Shown: one piece after another, positions 51,266 to 61,731 of the stretch | Position numbering within the stretch: the first letter of the stretch is position 1 | Layout: each line of letters begins with the position of its first letter | Assembly (NCBI GenBank): GCA_965248195.1 | Contig: CBDFIQ010000001.1 | Span: 864,001-928,000 of the forward strand | Direction of reading: 5' to 3' | DNA: 64,000 nucleotides | Origin: Longimicrobiales bacterium | GTDB taxonomy: Bacteria > Gemmatimonadota > Gemmatimonadetes > Longimicrobiales > Gaopeijiaceae | Made by a program: the position numbers and the translations under genes | The notes under the pieces: generated by a model | Seen by the model: only the letters and a program-made list of their open reading frames with translations | The model's database searches: none | What the model was told of the DNA's origin: nothing

Positions 51266-51379
51266 TTTCCCTTCCCTTGTCGGAGGCTTGGAAACCCTGT
51301 GATTCCACGGCTACAGGACGAAGACCCTAACACTCGAACGCCTTCGGCGGATACCCCAACCCGCGACAGCTCGACACCG

Positions 51380-52474
51380 TCACACCACCAGCATCGCCTC
51401 CACCACCAACCCGGGGCCAAAGGCGAGGGCCACGCAGGGAAGCGCGGCGCCTTCCTTCCTGAGCCGCTCCAGGACGAAGAGCACGGTCGGCGACGACATG
51501 TTCCCCTGGGCCCGGAGGATATCCCGGGACACGTCCAGGCTGCCGTTTCCCAGGGCCAGGGCGTCCTCCACTGCGTCTAGAATCCGTGGCCCGCCGGGAT
51601 GTACAGCCCAACTCCCAACATCGTCCACGGTGAGCCCTTGGTGCTGTAGCCAGCCCCCGAGCCACCCGCCGAGATTTGTCCGGATCAATTCGGGGACCTC
51701 GGCCGAGAGCGTCATGCGGAAGCCGTGGTCGCCGATGCGCCAGGACATGGCGTCGCCGGACTCAGGCATGAGAAAAGTCCCTTGGGCCTGCACGCTCCAC
51801 CCGGAGGTCGCTCCATTTTGCACGGGCGTGCCCACCACCGCTGCCGCTCCATCCGCGAACAGGGTGTTGGCCACGATCATCTCCGAATTCCATCCATAGG
51901 CGAAATGAAGGCTGCACAGTTCCACGGCGCAGAGGAGGACCCGCGCCCCTGCTTCCCCCGCCTGCGACGCGGCCACCCGCAGCCCGTTGAGGGCCCCGTG
52001 GCACCCCATGAATCCAACGTGGGTGCGATGCACCGTGCGCGGCATCCCCAGCGCGTCGATGAGGCCCGCGTCGAGACCCGGGGAGAAGAAGCCCGTGCAC
52101 GACACGGTGACCAGATGGGTGATGGCATCCACAGAGGTGGATGCATCCTCCAGGGCCCGCCACGCCGCCGCCTCGGCCAGAGCCGGCGCTTCAGCTTCGT
52201 ACCAGGCCATGCGCTGACCCGTGGTGGGTCCCCGATCTTCCGGCCCGTTGGCGGCCGGATAGCGCGGCACCCGTTCCTGCAGCGTTCCTTGGTCGCTTTG
52301 CACCATCACGGTGTTTCGGGTCTCCACTCCGGACCGGCCATAGAGCATGCGGAGCGCGCGGGCCTGCCTGGCGTCGGCTGCGCAGAAGGCGCCGCTCGCT
52401 TCGGCGGCGTCGGTTTGTTTCAGAACGCCAGACGGGACGGCCGTGCCCAGGCCGGACAGCTGGAGCTTCACCAT
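51380..52474 (-). CDS. Type III polyketide synthase
   Basis: Catalytic Cys-His-Asn in GFMGCHG, VHPGG and GNMSS; ELCSLH, LFADG and FGPGL motifs. Confidence 0.95.
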   Translation of the reverse strand: MVKLQLSGLGTAVPSGVLKQTDAAEASGAFCAADARQARALRMLYGRSGVETRNTVMVQSDQGTLQERVPRYPAANGPEDRGPTTGQRMAWYEAEAPALAEAAAWRALEDASTSVDAITHLVTVSCTGFFSPGLDAGLIDALGMPRTVHRTHVGFMGCHGALNGLRVAASQAGEAGARVLLCAVELCSLHFAYGWNSEMIVANTLFADGAAAVVGTPVQNGATSGWSVQAQGTFLMPESGDAMSWRIGDHGFRMTLSAEVPELIRTNLGGWLGGWLQHQGLTVDDVGSWAVHPGGPRILDAVEDALALGNGSLDVSRDILRAQGNMSSPTVLFVLERLRKEGAALPCVALAFGPGLVVEAMLVV

Positions 52475-53652
52475 GGACTCCCTCCTAAGAGGTGCGTTGT
52501 CGCCGACGTGTGCTTCACCAGGGGACGGGCCAGGCTCGGCACCGTGCCCAACGCGCGTAGGGCCATCTGCGCTATCCAGGGACGCCGAAGACCCCAGGCC
52601 ACCCTACTGCAGACACGCTGACCCCGCCGGATCCGGCGGCGGTGCACCTGGTTCCACCGGCGCACCAGGCCTTGGTCCCAGCGCGCTACTCCGGCGTGCA
52701 CCAGGGGCGCCAACGCCAGCGCTCCCCACAGCGCCCATGCCATACCTTCACCCGTGAATGGCTCGACGTACCCAGCGGCGTCGCCCACGAGAAACAGACG
52801 CTCCTCCGCCATCGAGGAGAGCCGTCGGGTGAGGGGCGGCGTGCCCTTCCATCCGCGGTGGATTCTATCGGGGAGCGGCGGCATACCCGCTAACTCGAGG
52901 TGCGCTCGAGCGGCTCGTTCCGGCGATCCGTTCCGGCGCACCCACTCGGCGTCGAAGGCGGCGGCCACGTTGAGGCGGCGATCCTCCTGGCGCACCAGGC
53001 CCACGTACCCCGCGGGCCCCACCACCATGTGTACCGTTCCGGGCCCGTAGCCCGAGCCACGGCCCTCCAGCACGGCGCCCACTCCCACGCGGGAGCCCGC
53101 TCGAACCGTGGCGACCGGAGCGGGACCGGCCACGGCGGAGACGCGCAGGCCGTGGAGTCCGGCTGCCGCGACGACTACCCGGGCTCGCACGTGGTGCTCC
53201 CCCTCGTCGCCCCGAACCGTCAGGGTCCGGTCTCCGTCGCGCACCGGCCCCAACTCTGCGGAGACGCCGTGTGCGAAAACGACGCCCTCCTCCACCGCAG
53301 CCCGGACCAGGGCGTGGTCAAGTGCCTCTCTGGACAACGCTACCGAGCTGTGGAGGGCCACGGACGCGGTCCTCTCCCAGCCCGTCATCCGAAGCTCCGC
53401 CAGCCGCAGCGCCCCGGCACGGGCTACCAACCCGCCGAGGCCCGCGTGGGCCAATGCCCCCTGCGCAGCCCCATTCATGCAGGCCCCACATACCTTCCAC
53501 CGGGGGAAGGATTGGCGCTCCAAAAGCAGAACCGCGCACCCCCTGCGGCCGAGCTCCAACGCCACCATGGCACCGGCGGGCCCAGCGCCCACCACCACCA
53601 CGTCCCAGAGCCGCTCGTCCAGACCACTGCCGGCCTCTGGGCCGCCGGTCAT
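52468..53652 (-). CDS. FAD-dependent oxidoreductase (geranylgeranyl-reductase/monooxygenase-like)
   Basis: VVVGAGPAG, FPRWKVCG and VGDAAGYVEPFTGEGM motifs; ATGA overlap with the upstream gene. Confidence 0.9.
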   Translation of the reverse strand: MTGGPEAGSGLDERLWDVVVVGAGPAGAMVALELGRRGCAVLLLERQSFPRWKVCGACMNGAAQGALAHAGLGGLVARAGALRLAELRMTGWERTASVALHSSVALSREALDHALVRAAVEEGVVFAHGVSAELGPVRDGDRTLTVRGDEGEHHVRARVVVAAAGLHGLRVSAVAGPAPVATVRAGSRVGVGAVLEGRGSGYGPGTVHMVVGPAGYVGLVRQEDRRLNVAAAFDAEWVRRNGSPERAARAHLELAGMPPLPDRIHRGWKGTPPLTRRLSSMAEERLFLVGDAAGYVEPFTGEGMAWALWGALALAPLVHAGVARWDQGLVRRWNQVHRRRIRRGQRVCSRVAWGLRRPWIAQMALRALGTVPSLARPLVKHTSATTHLLGGSPW

Positions 53653-54371
53653 GACCCGCTCCATCTGAGAATGAAGCGTTCGGGCCAGCCGCGGCGGATG
53701 ACCACCCCCGCCAGCCCGGCCTCCACGGCCATTGTCCGCACCTCCGGTAGGCTGAACGCGGCACGAACCGAGCGGGGGCCGTCCTCACGTGCGACGTCGG
53801 ACCTGGACAGGAGGCGGAGCGCGGACCACACCAACAGGTATCCCATGGTCCCCCGCAACAGATCCTGCACCAAGATCGCATGGCCCGCGTCGGCCATGGC
53901 CCTCAGAAGTTTCACGGCGTCTTCATTGGAAAGGTGGTGATGGAAGAGAGACGAGCACACCAGGTCATACCCCCCTGGGAGGCCTTCGACGAGAACGTTC
54001 CTGGCGAGGAAGTCCGCCGTCACACCCCGACGCTCCGCCTCTCGGCGTGCATGGTCCAGGGCAACGGGACTCACGTCGCACCCGTGGACCTCCAGCGGCA
54101 CCCCCGCCGACCGCGCCCGGCGGGCCACGTCGACCAGAATGTCCCCACCGCCGCAAGCAACGTCCAGAAGCCGCAGTGGCTCGTCCCTCCCTCGGGCGCG
54201 GCGCTCTCGGCTCAAGCGCAGTACGTCCTGCCAGACCCGTGCGGCCACCCCGGAGATCCGGTTCACCCGCGCCAGCGCCCTGAGGGCTTGGACGTGTCGC
54301 GCTGGATCCAGATCTGGCGCGTCCATGAGTTCGGGCTCCCGATGCCGGCCGCCCAGGTCGGGCAGTATCAC
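53649..54371 (-). CDS. SAM-dependent methyltransferase of the T3PKS cluster; start uncertain
   Basis: PELMD, LLDVACGGGD, SLFHHHL, QDLLR and DGPRSVRAAF motifs. Confidence 0.88.
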   Translation of the reverse strand: MILPDLGGRHREPELMDAPDLDPARHVQALRALARVNRISGVAARVWQDVLRLSRERRARGRDEPLRLLDVACGGGDILVDVARRARSAGVPLEVHGCDVSPVALDHARREAERRGVTADFLARNVLVEGLPGGYDLVCSSLFHHHLSNEDAVKLLRAMADAGHAILVQDLLRGTMGYLLVWSALRLLSRSDVAREDGPRSVRAAFSLPEVRTMAVEAGLAGVVIRRGWPERFILRWSGS

Positions 54372-54632
54372 CAGGACCCGGAGCGCCTCAGGGCGAAATG
54401 AGCGCAGGGAGAAAATCGCGTTCTCAAGGGGTCTCCGTTCCGCCCCAAGGGAGCCGGTAGCACGTCGTGAATGCGCGCCAAGTCCAGATCCTCGAAGGAA
54501 AGGCCGGGCGAGCGCGAGCGCCATCGAGGACTACCGCCTCCACGCTTGAGGCGGGCCGGTTACAAGCCGCAGGGCTCTCGCCCGCCTCCCGACTGGAGGG
54601 AGCGGGCGGAGCCCATCAACGGGGCCGTTCAG

Positions 54633-55295
54633 TCAGATCGCGAAACAGTAGAAGAGTCCGTTCCCTCCGGTGGCGACAAGGTCCTGCTGGCTGCAGCTGC
54701 GGGTCAGGTGCACCGCGTTCCAGGAGCTGTTCCCGCCACCGAGACGGTCGTGATGTCCGACCATCGCCCTGCCTTCCCCGTTGCTCGTCCAGTTGTTACA
54801 CGTGGTGGTGTTTGCAGCGCCGAGGAGCGCACGTCCGTGTGAATCCGAGCCCGTCAAGATGTCGTGTTGGTTGGGTTGATCACCCACGCCATTTACCGGG
54901 TCGCCACTCTCATCGACCGCGGTCGGTTTCCTCATGTTGTTCCGGTCGCGTTGAAAGTCTCCGTGGAGGTCAGCGACGTTCGCAGCGATGATCTGCCCAT
55001 TCGCGTTGTACCAGGGTCCTTCGCCGATTTGATCCCGTGCGTGCACCACGGGCTGGCCCCCTCCCGCGAGGGTGCTGAGGTATGCATGCCAGGTCCGGTT
55101 CCCCGCACCCACCGCCGCCGCCAGGGTCTGGCAGTGCTGGTCGGCCCCCTCGCGGCCCCCCAGGTTCGCTCCGTCTCCCGGACCGACACTCGTGATGAAG
55201 AAGCCCATCGGCTGGTCCTGCCCGCTCACGGCCGAAGGAACCAGCAAGAACGTCATCAACGCCAATGCAACGAGTACGCCGATCGATTGCTTCAT
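54633..55295 (-). CDS. Secreted lectin-like (C-type lectin/endostatin-like fold) protein
   Basis: Signal peptide; FFITS...GADQHCQ...WHAYLS...HDILTGS...CNNWTS...FYCFA motifs. Confidence 0.75.
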   Translation of the reverse strand: MKQSIGVLVALALMTFLLVPSAVSGQDQPMGFFITSVGPGDGANLGGREGADQHCQTLAAAVGAGNRTWHAYLSTLAGGGQPVVHARDQIGEGPWYNANGQIIAANVADLHGDFQRDRNNMRKPTAVDESGDPVNGVGDQPNQHDILTGSDSHGRALLGAANTTTCNNWTSNGEGRAMVGHHDRLGGGNSSWNAVHLTRSCSQQDLVATGGNGLFYCFAI

Positions 55296-55532
55296 CCTGT
55301 TCACCTCTCCGGTCTTTGGGAAACCCGTCTTTAGCACCCATGGACCCCGACCGAGTCCACGCGGTTTCGTGGATCGAAAATCATAGACGGCGCCTACCCG
55401 CCTTCGCAAGTCTCGATCAAGATTCGCCTAGCGATCCCAACCGAGCCCGTTGACCGCTCTGGTCGCGCACCTCACGTTGTCCGGACCCGTCAAAGGACCT
55501 TGGTTTTACGTATCCTTGAACCCCACGACGCG

Positions 55533-55661
55533 ATGCCGGAAGAGATCCCCAGCGATGGCTCCGACAGCTCCCGATTCCGCACTACGCTCATCCGAGTGAT
55601 CATCGTTCAGGTCGTCGCGCTCGGCCTGCTCCTGCTGCTGCAGCTCCGCTACCAACCGTGA
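55533..55661 (+). CDS. 42-aa single-TM protein upstream of the SSS transporter
   Basis: Hand translation MPEEIPSDGSDSSRFRTTLIRVIIVQVVALGLLLLLQLRYQP*; too short for the ORF track. Confidence 0.65.
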   Translation: MPEEIPSDGSDSSRFRTTLIRVIIVQVVALGLLLLLQLRYQP

Positions 55662-55743
55662 CCGGGGCTCCACAGGGTCCCCGCTGGGCGATCTTCGCTC
55701 AGGCGAGCTACCGGCAATACCCGAAACCCGAGTATTGAGCTGA

Positions 55744-57405
55744 ATGCACTGGATCAACTGGCTGATCGTCGCCGTCTACGTGGGTTGGGTAGTCGTCGAC
55801 GGCATCCGGAAGTCGAAGGATACCGACACGATCTCGGGCTACTTCATCGCCAACAAGAGCCTGTCGTGGTGGGTGGTGGGCCTGTCGGTGATGGCGACAC
55901 AGCTCTCAGCAGTCACGATGATCGGCACGCCGGGCCAGGGCGCCACGGACGGCATGCGCTTCATCCAGCTGTACCTGGGGCTCCCGATCGCGATGGTGAT
56001 CCTCGGCGTGACGATCGTCCCGCTCCTGCACGGGTCGGGCGTGTATACGGCGTACGAGTATCTGGAGCGCCGCTTCGACGCGAGGACGCGCTCGCTGACC
56101 GCGTTCCTCTTTTTGATCTCCAGGGGGCTCTCGGCAGGTGCCATCATGGCGGCTCCGGCGGTCGTCTTCAGCGCGATCTTCGGGATCCCGCTCGTGTGGG
56201 CGGTGGCCCTCATCGGCGTCCCCACTGTGATCTACACGATGATCGGCGGGGTTCAGGCCGTCGCCTGGGCCGACGTGAAGCAGATGGTCCTGATCGTCAT
56301 CGCGCTCGTCGCGATCATGATCGTGCTCATCGTCCAGATGCCCGTGAATCCCGACGAAGCCCTCAGGATCGCGGGGGCGACAGGCCGGCTGAGAGTGTTC
56401 GACTTCTCGTTCGACCTGAGCGAGCGGTACACGTTCTGGTCGGGCGTGATCGGCGGGACGTTCCTGATGTTGTCGTACTTCGGGACCGACCAGAGCCAGG
56501 TGCAGCGCTATCTCGCGGCCAAGTCCGCCGGTGAGGCCAGGAGCTCGCTCCTCATGAGCGCGTACTGGAAGATTCCGCTGCAGGCGCTCGTCCTCCTGGT
56601 GGGTGTCGGGGTCTTCGTCTACTACCAGTTCGTGCGCCCGCCCCTGCTCTACAACCCGGCGCAGGAGGCCGCGGTGGTCGCCGAGCGAGGCGCCGCGTAC
56701 GACGCGCTGCAGAGCGATTACGCCGAGGCGTTCACGCTTCGGGAGGCAGCGGCACAAGCGGTCGCGGATACGCAAGGCGACGATGCGTCCGCGGCGATGG
56801 AGGCGTTTGTCGCACGGGAGGCCGACATCCAGACGATCCGAGTTGAGGCGCTCGCGATGGTCGAAGAGGTCACCGGCGAGGCCTCGGGGGACACCAACTA
56901 CATCTTCCCACGCTTCGTGTTGTCCGAGCTTCCGATCGGGCTCGCGGGGCTCTTCATCGCGGGGGTCTTCGCCGCGGCGATGTCGAGCATCGCCGCAGAG
57001 CTCAACGCGCTCTCGACCGCATCAGTCATCGACTTCTACAGGCGGTGGATCAAGCCCGACGCCGACGACGCACACTACCTCGTCGTCTCGAAGGGCGCGA
57101 CTGCGTTTTGGGGGGTGTTCGCGTGTGTGGTCGCCACGTACGCGGCGACGCTGGGCTCGTTGATCGAGGTCGTGAACCGCTTCGGATCGTTCTTCTACGG
57201 CTCGATCTTGGGCGTCTTTTTTCTGGCAATGGTGCCCGGAGCCAAGTCGCGCGGGGCGTTTTACGGGCTGATCATCGGGATGGCGACCGTGGGCTTCGTC
57301 GCTTTCGGCACGACGATCGAGTACCTCTGGCAGAACGTCATCGGTGCGGTGGTGGTGCTGCTCGTCGGTGTGCCGCTGAGCAGGATCGGGAACGCGGAGG
57401 CCTAG
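55744..57405 (+). CDS. Sodium:solute symporter (SSS family)
   Basis: GLSVMATQLS, AYEYLERRF, GTDQSQVQRYL and AAAMSS motifs; many TM helices. Confidence 0.94.
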   Translation: MHWINWLIVAVYVGWVVVDGIRKSKDTDTISGYFIANKSLSWWVVGLSVMATQLSAVTMIGTPGQGATDGMRFIQLYLGLPIAMVILGVTIVPLLHGSGVYTAYEYLERRFDARTRSLTAFLFLISRGLSAGAIMAAPAVVFSAIFGIPLVWAVALIGVPTVIYTMIGGVQAVAWADVKQMVLIVIALVAIMIVLIVQMPVNPDEALRIAGATGRLRVFDFSFDLSERYTFWSGVIGGTFLMLSYFGTDQSQVQRYLAAKSAGEARSSLLMSAYWKIPLQALVLLVGVGVFVYYQFVRPPLLYNPAQEAAVVAERGAAYDALQSDYAEAFTLREAAAQAVADTQGDDASAAMEAFVAREADIQTIRVEALAMVEEVTGEASGDTNYIFPRFVLSELPIGLAGLFIAGVFAAAMSSIAAELNALSTASVIDFYRRWIKPDADDAHYLVVSKGATAFWGVFACVVATYAATLGSLIEVVNRFGSFFYGSILGVFFLAMVPGAKSRGAFYGLIIGMATVGFVAFGTTIEYLWQNVIGAVVVLLVGVPLSRIGNAEA

Positions 57406-60086
57406 CGGCGCTCCTGATACGTGTTCCAGTCCTCAGCGGTCAGCGAGACGAGATTGGCGAACAGGCGATGCGCCCCCGGGACCCCGGCCGGGAGCTGCCG
57501 AAAGAACGCGAGGGCAACGTACGCGTATAGACCTCGGCCGACCGGCGCCACCAACAACGACCCACGGCTGGGCTCCTCATCCGGATCATTGAACTCCAGC
57601 AGTGGCGTGAACCGGTCGTCCCATTCGGCCAAAAAGTAGAGACCCCGCTCCTGCACCCACCCCTCGAAGTCCGTCTCGACGATACGATTCGGCGAAGAGA
57701 ATACCGGAGACTCGGGGTCCAACAACGCGAACGGAGAGTTCTCATCGGTGACCCGCGGCGCCCCGCGCCCGCTCCCCATGCTGACCGGGTACGGAGCAAA
57801 GCCACCCCGCGGGTACTCGGTTTTGTTGTACTGGACGATCACCGTGCCGCCGGCCTCGGCGAACGCGAGGATCCGATCGTTCACGGCTGCGACGTCCGGG
57901 CGGGTCTCGTAGACGCGGATGCCCAGCACCAGCACGTCGTACCCGGAGAAGTCCCCCTCCCGGACCCGATCCGGACCTACCTCCTCGACGGCCGCGCCCA
58001 GCTGTCGCAGCGCCTCGAGGCCGTCGTCCCCCGACCCCATCACGTACCCGACCCGAATACCCTCTCGCACACGAACCGGAAACACCGCGGCCCGCGCCTC
58101 GGCAGGGCGTAGATACAGCGTCCGTTGCACATGGGGGTAGTCGATGACGTCGACCCGCTCATCGAAGCGTACACCGTCGTCCCGCGTGGCCACCGCACGG
58201 AACAGGTGCTCGCCGGCGTCCACCGCACCCATGGCGCGCACCTCGAAGGTGAATCCACGGCTCGCCCCTTCGCCCTGTAAATCGAACGGGAGACTCGAAG
58301 GGGTGACCTCCCAGCCCTGCGGGACCTCGAACGAGAGCTCCCCCGACGACCCCGAGGCCGATTCGTTTTGCAGAAGCACCGTCACCGGACGAGACTCGAG
58401 GGACCCCGCGGGCCAAGCCATGCCAGCCGGCTCGATCGCGACCGAGAGGGCAGGTGTGGCGAGAACCGGCTCCCGGAATTCCCCGAGCGCCCTGTTCACG
58501 CCCACGTACTCCGCGTCGTCACCCCAGACCACGTGAACGGGTTGGTCGAGCTCCGGGATGTGAATGTCGAACTCCCCGACCGCCCGCAGTAGTGGACGCG
58601 CGTTTCTGGGCAGCCCCTCCGAGGCTGGATCCCCGGTCCATCGGTACATGTCCCCGTCGCGCGGAGCTCCGAGGTAGTACAGGCGCGAGGCGGCGAGACT
58701 CTCCCGGAGCCGAACCTGGTAGCTCCATCGAGCAATCTCACCCGCCGCCAGGCTCCGAGGGGCTTCCGTCTGGCCCTCGGCGCCGAGGAACTCAGCCGGA
58801 AGAGCCACGTCCTGCTCACCCCCCGCACTCCGAAGCACGGCCCCTTCGATGCGGAACGGCCCACCGTTCCAGAGCTGGACGTCCAGCGTCACATCTTCGC
58901 CGGCGACCACGAGATCGTCCCCCGCCCGCACGTCGATTGCGACGGAGGCCGCGTTCAGTAGCCAGGACCGGACCAGCCCGGCGCGCACGGCGAGAGCCTC
59001 GGCGAGCGGCCCGGCGGAATCGCCGATCCCGCGTAAGAGCCCGAACGTGAGCTCCAGACTCAGGTAGGCTCGTCCCAGGGGACCGGCGGCGCGGCTGGGT
59101 TGGACGGCGTCGAGAGACTCGCCCGCCTCATGAATCGCAGTCCGATACGCGGCGATGGCGCTCCGAACCACCGGTACCGCCCTCGCTGGCAGACCATCCG
59201 CAAGGCCAGCGAGCGTGGTGTCGATCCCCGCGAAAATACCCCGGTCATCGTCGAGCCCGCCGACATGACTCTGCACCAAACGAAGGCCCGACGTGCGATC
59301 GCCAAGCGTCTGGGCCGCTCCCATCTCCTGCGAGCGGTGCTTGCTTCGGCTCTCCATGGCGAGTTGGTGGTATGAGCGGCCGAGGAGCGGGTCGAACGTG
59401 CCTGTCTGAATGTTCAACGGCGCCTCAACGGATCCGGGGCCACGAGCCCGGACCGAGTGAAAGAGCTTGTCCGTCCTCCACGGCTCCGCCGCGTTTCCCC
59501 CCAGCTCCGGGAAGCGGCCTGGATCGGCTGCAGCGTCGAACGCCTCGTTGGTCAAGATCCCACTGGCCTGGTGCTGCCCATGCCCGTCGCGAGGCGTACC
59601 GCCCCAGACCGATATGATCACTTGGGGACGGAACGTGCGGATCACCGACACCACGTCCCTGAGGACCTCCTCCCTCGGCCAATGGGCGAATGCCTCGGCG
59701 GCACTCTTAGAGAAGCCATAGTCGAACGCACGGGTGAAGAACTGACGTCCACCGTCCAGAAGACGGGCCGCCTCGAGCTCTCCCGTACGAATGATTCCGA
59801 GACCCTCGCCCAACTCCGGCCCGATGATATTCTGCCCGCCGTCTCCTCGGGTCAGCGAAAGGTAGGCTGTCTCGACGCCCATTCCCCGGGCGAGGGTCGC
59901 TAGAAGACTGGAGTCCTCGTCATCCGGGTGCGCTCCGATCATCAGGACCCGCTTCACCCCGTCGACCTGACGAAGCGCGAGTCCTACCTCCACGACGTTA
60001 CTTCCCTGGGGTCCGACCTGGGCCGAGAGGGGCTCAGCCACAAACAAACCGACCACACAAACGAACGCCTTACCTGTCATCCTCAT
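57402..60086 (-). CDS. Secreted PIG-L/LmbE-family deacetylase with NEW3-like and GATase-like C-terminal domains
   Basis: AHPDDE, TRGDGGQN, HGQHQA and HRSQ motifs; C-terminal GYVMGSGD, GWVQERGLYF and FFRQLPAG. Confidence 0.9.
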   Translation of the reverse strand: MRMTGKAFVCVVGLFVAEPLSAQVGPQGSNVVEVGLALRQVDGVKRVLMIGAHPDDEDSSLLATLARGMGVETAYLSLTRGDGGQNIIGPELGEGLGIIRTGELEAARLLDGGRQFFTRAFDYGFSKSAAEAFAHWPREEVLRDVVSVIRTFRPQVIISVWGGTPRDGHGQHQASGILTNEAFDAAADPGRFPELGGNAAEPWRTDKLFHSVRARGPGSVEAPLNIQTGTFDPLLGRSYHQLAMESRSKHRSQEMGAAQTLGDRTSGLRLVQSHVGGLDDDRGIFAGIDTTLAGLADGLPARAVPVVRSAIAAYRTAIHEAGESLDAVQPSRAAGPLGRAYLSLELTFGLLRGIGDSAGPLAEALAVRAGLVRSWLLNAASVAIDVRAGDDLVVAGEDVTLDVQLWNGGPFRIEGAVLRSAGGEQDVALPAEFLGAEGQTEAPRSLAAGEIARWSYQVRLRESLAASRLYYLGAPRDGDMYRWTGDPASEGLPRNARPLLRAVGEFDIHIPELDQPVHVVWGDDAEYVGVNRALGEFREPVLATPALSVAIEPAGMAWPAGSLESRPVTVLLQNESASGSSGELSFEVPQGWEVTPSSLPFDLQGEGASRGFTFEVRAMGAVDAGEHLFRAVATRDDGVRFDERVDVIDYPHVQRTLYLRPAEARAAVFPVRVREGIRVGYVMGSGDDGLEALRQLGAAVEEVGPDRVREGDFSGYDVLVLGIRVYETRPDVAAVNDRILAFAEAGGTVIVQYNKTEYPRGGFAPYPVSMGSGRGAPRVTDENSPFALLDPESPVFSSPNRIVETDFEGWVQERGLYFLAEWDDRFTPLLEFNDPDEEPSRGSLLVAPVGRGLYAYVALAFFRQLPAGVPGAHRLFANLVSLTAEDWNTYQERR

Positions 60087-60266
60087 GGGCCGAACGTACC
60101 TCCAATATCGAAGTCGGGGAAACTCCGGCACGCCCGCAAGCGTGCACGAAGTCTACTCATTCGCTTGTCCGAAGTTCAAAGCCGCGGATATGTTGGGGCC
60201 GAAATCGGGATCATACCAGGTCCACAACCTTCCCCGTGTCCGCCTTCTGATGAGGGAGCGTCATTG

Positions 60267-61655
60267 ATGAACCAGCCCCGCGAAAACTGGAGCTCAAACA
60301 TGGGCTTCATCCTGGCGGCGACCGGGAGCGCCATCGGGTTGGGTAACCTGTGGAAATTCCCGTTCATCACCTGGGAGAATAATGGCGGCGCTTTCGTATT
60401 GCTCTATCTCATGTGCATCGCGGCGGTGGGCCTGCCCATCATGATGGCCGAGCTCCTGATCGGCCGGACAACGCAGAAGAGCCCGGTGGGTGCCCTGAAG
60501 GAGGCGATCGGACCCTGGTGGGGGTGGGTCGGCGCCTGGGGTGTCATGGCAGGCTTCATCATCCTCAGCTACTACTCGGTCGTGGCCGGCTGGTCGCTCT
60601 TCTACTTCGTAAAGACCATCGGGTGGAGTCTGGGCGGCTTCCCGCCGGGACTGCAGACCGGAGATCTCTTCGTGGCGGTGATCGGAAACGGGGGCCTCCA
60701 GTTCCTCCTCTCGGGGCTCTTCATGGCCGCTACGGTGGGGGTCGTGTACTTCGGGGTGCACAGCGGAATCGAGCGGGTGGCCCGGATTTCCCTTCCGATC
60801 CTGTTCCTCATCCTGGTCCTACTCCTCGTCAGCGCGCTCACGATGGAGGGCTCCGGTGATGCGCTCACCTTCATCTTCCGCCCCAACTTCAGTGAGCTGG
60901 AGCCCCAGAGCATCCTGGAGGCACTCGGCCACTCGTTCTTTACCCTGTCCCTCGGGATGGGGGCGATGATCACCTACGGCTCGTACGTGGCCAGGAACCG
61001 ATCCCTCGTGAGCGCTGCAGGCACGATCGTTCTTCTCGATACGCTGATCGCGCTCTTTGCCACGATCATCATGTTTTCCGTGATCTTCTCGGTTCCGGGG
61101 ATGGACGAGCAGGTGACCGGATCGGCGGCCGGGATGTTATTCATCTCGCTGCCGGAGCTCTTCTACAACGTCGTTCCGTTCGGGGCGGTTCTGGGACCTC
61201 TGTTTTATATCCTGGTGGCGGTCGCTGCGCTCACATCTACCATCTCGTTGCTCGAGGTCGTCGTGAGTTACTTCATCGACGAGAGGAACATGCCTCGGCC
61301 CAAAGCAACGCTGGTGAGCGGCGGCGCGATCTTCGTCTTCACCGTGCTCTCGGCGCTCTCCTTCGGCGCGCTTCCGGGCCTGTCGAACTTCGAGATCTTC
61401 GAGGGGAAATTGGGTGTCTTCGGCACGCTCGACCACTTCGCCTCGAACTGGGCGCTGCCGCTCGGCGGTCTGTTGATCACGTTGGGCGCAGGGTGGTTCA
61501 TGACCCGGGAGGCGACCGAAAGCGAACTGGTGGACGACACCACGCCCGCTTGGTTCCACTACGGCGCCTGGCGATTCTTCATGCGCTTTGTGGCGCCGGT
61601 CGCGGTCGCGGCGATCCTGATCGCGGTGATCTTCTTCGGGGTGGACTTCTCGTAA
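60267..61655 (+). CDS. Sodium-dependent transporter (NSS/SNF family)
   Basis: RENWSS..GFILAATGSAIGLGNLWKFP, GGGAF-like (NGGAF), FFTLSLGMG and ITYGSY motifs. Confidence 0.95.
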   Translation: MNQPRENWSSNMGFILAATGSAIGLGNLWKFPFITWENNGGAFVLLYLMCIAAVGLPIMMAELLIGRTTQKSPVGALKEAIGPWWGWVGAWGVMAGFIILSYYSVVAGWSLFYFVKTIGWSLGGFPPGLQTGDLFVAVIGNGGLQFLLSGLFMAATVGVVYFGVHSGIERVARISLPILFLILVLLLVSALTMEGSGDALTFIFRPNFSELEPQSILEALGHSFFTLSLGMGAMITYGSYVARNRSLVSAAGTIVLLDTLIALFATIIMFSVIFSVPGMDEQVTGSAAGMLFISLPELFYNVVPFGAVLGPLFYILVAVAALTSTISLLEVVVSYFIDERNMPRPKATLVSGGAIFVFTVLSALSFGALPGLSNFEIFEGKLGVFGTLDHFASNWALPLGGLLITLGAGWFMTREATESELVDDTTPAWFHYGAWRFFMRFVAPVAVAAILIAVIFFGVDFS

Positions 61656-61662
61656 GGGGGGG

Positions 61663-61692
61663 AGGGCCCCACCGGTCGTCCGGTGGGGCCCT
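61663..61692. terminator. Bidirectional terminator-like hairpin
   Basis: Perfect 13-bp stem AGGGCCCCACCGG-TCGT-CCGGTGGGGCCCT between convergent genes. Confidence 0.75.
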
Positions 61693-61731
61693 GTTCGTTA
61701 TCGCAGCGTCGGTATCGACTCCAGCAGGTTC

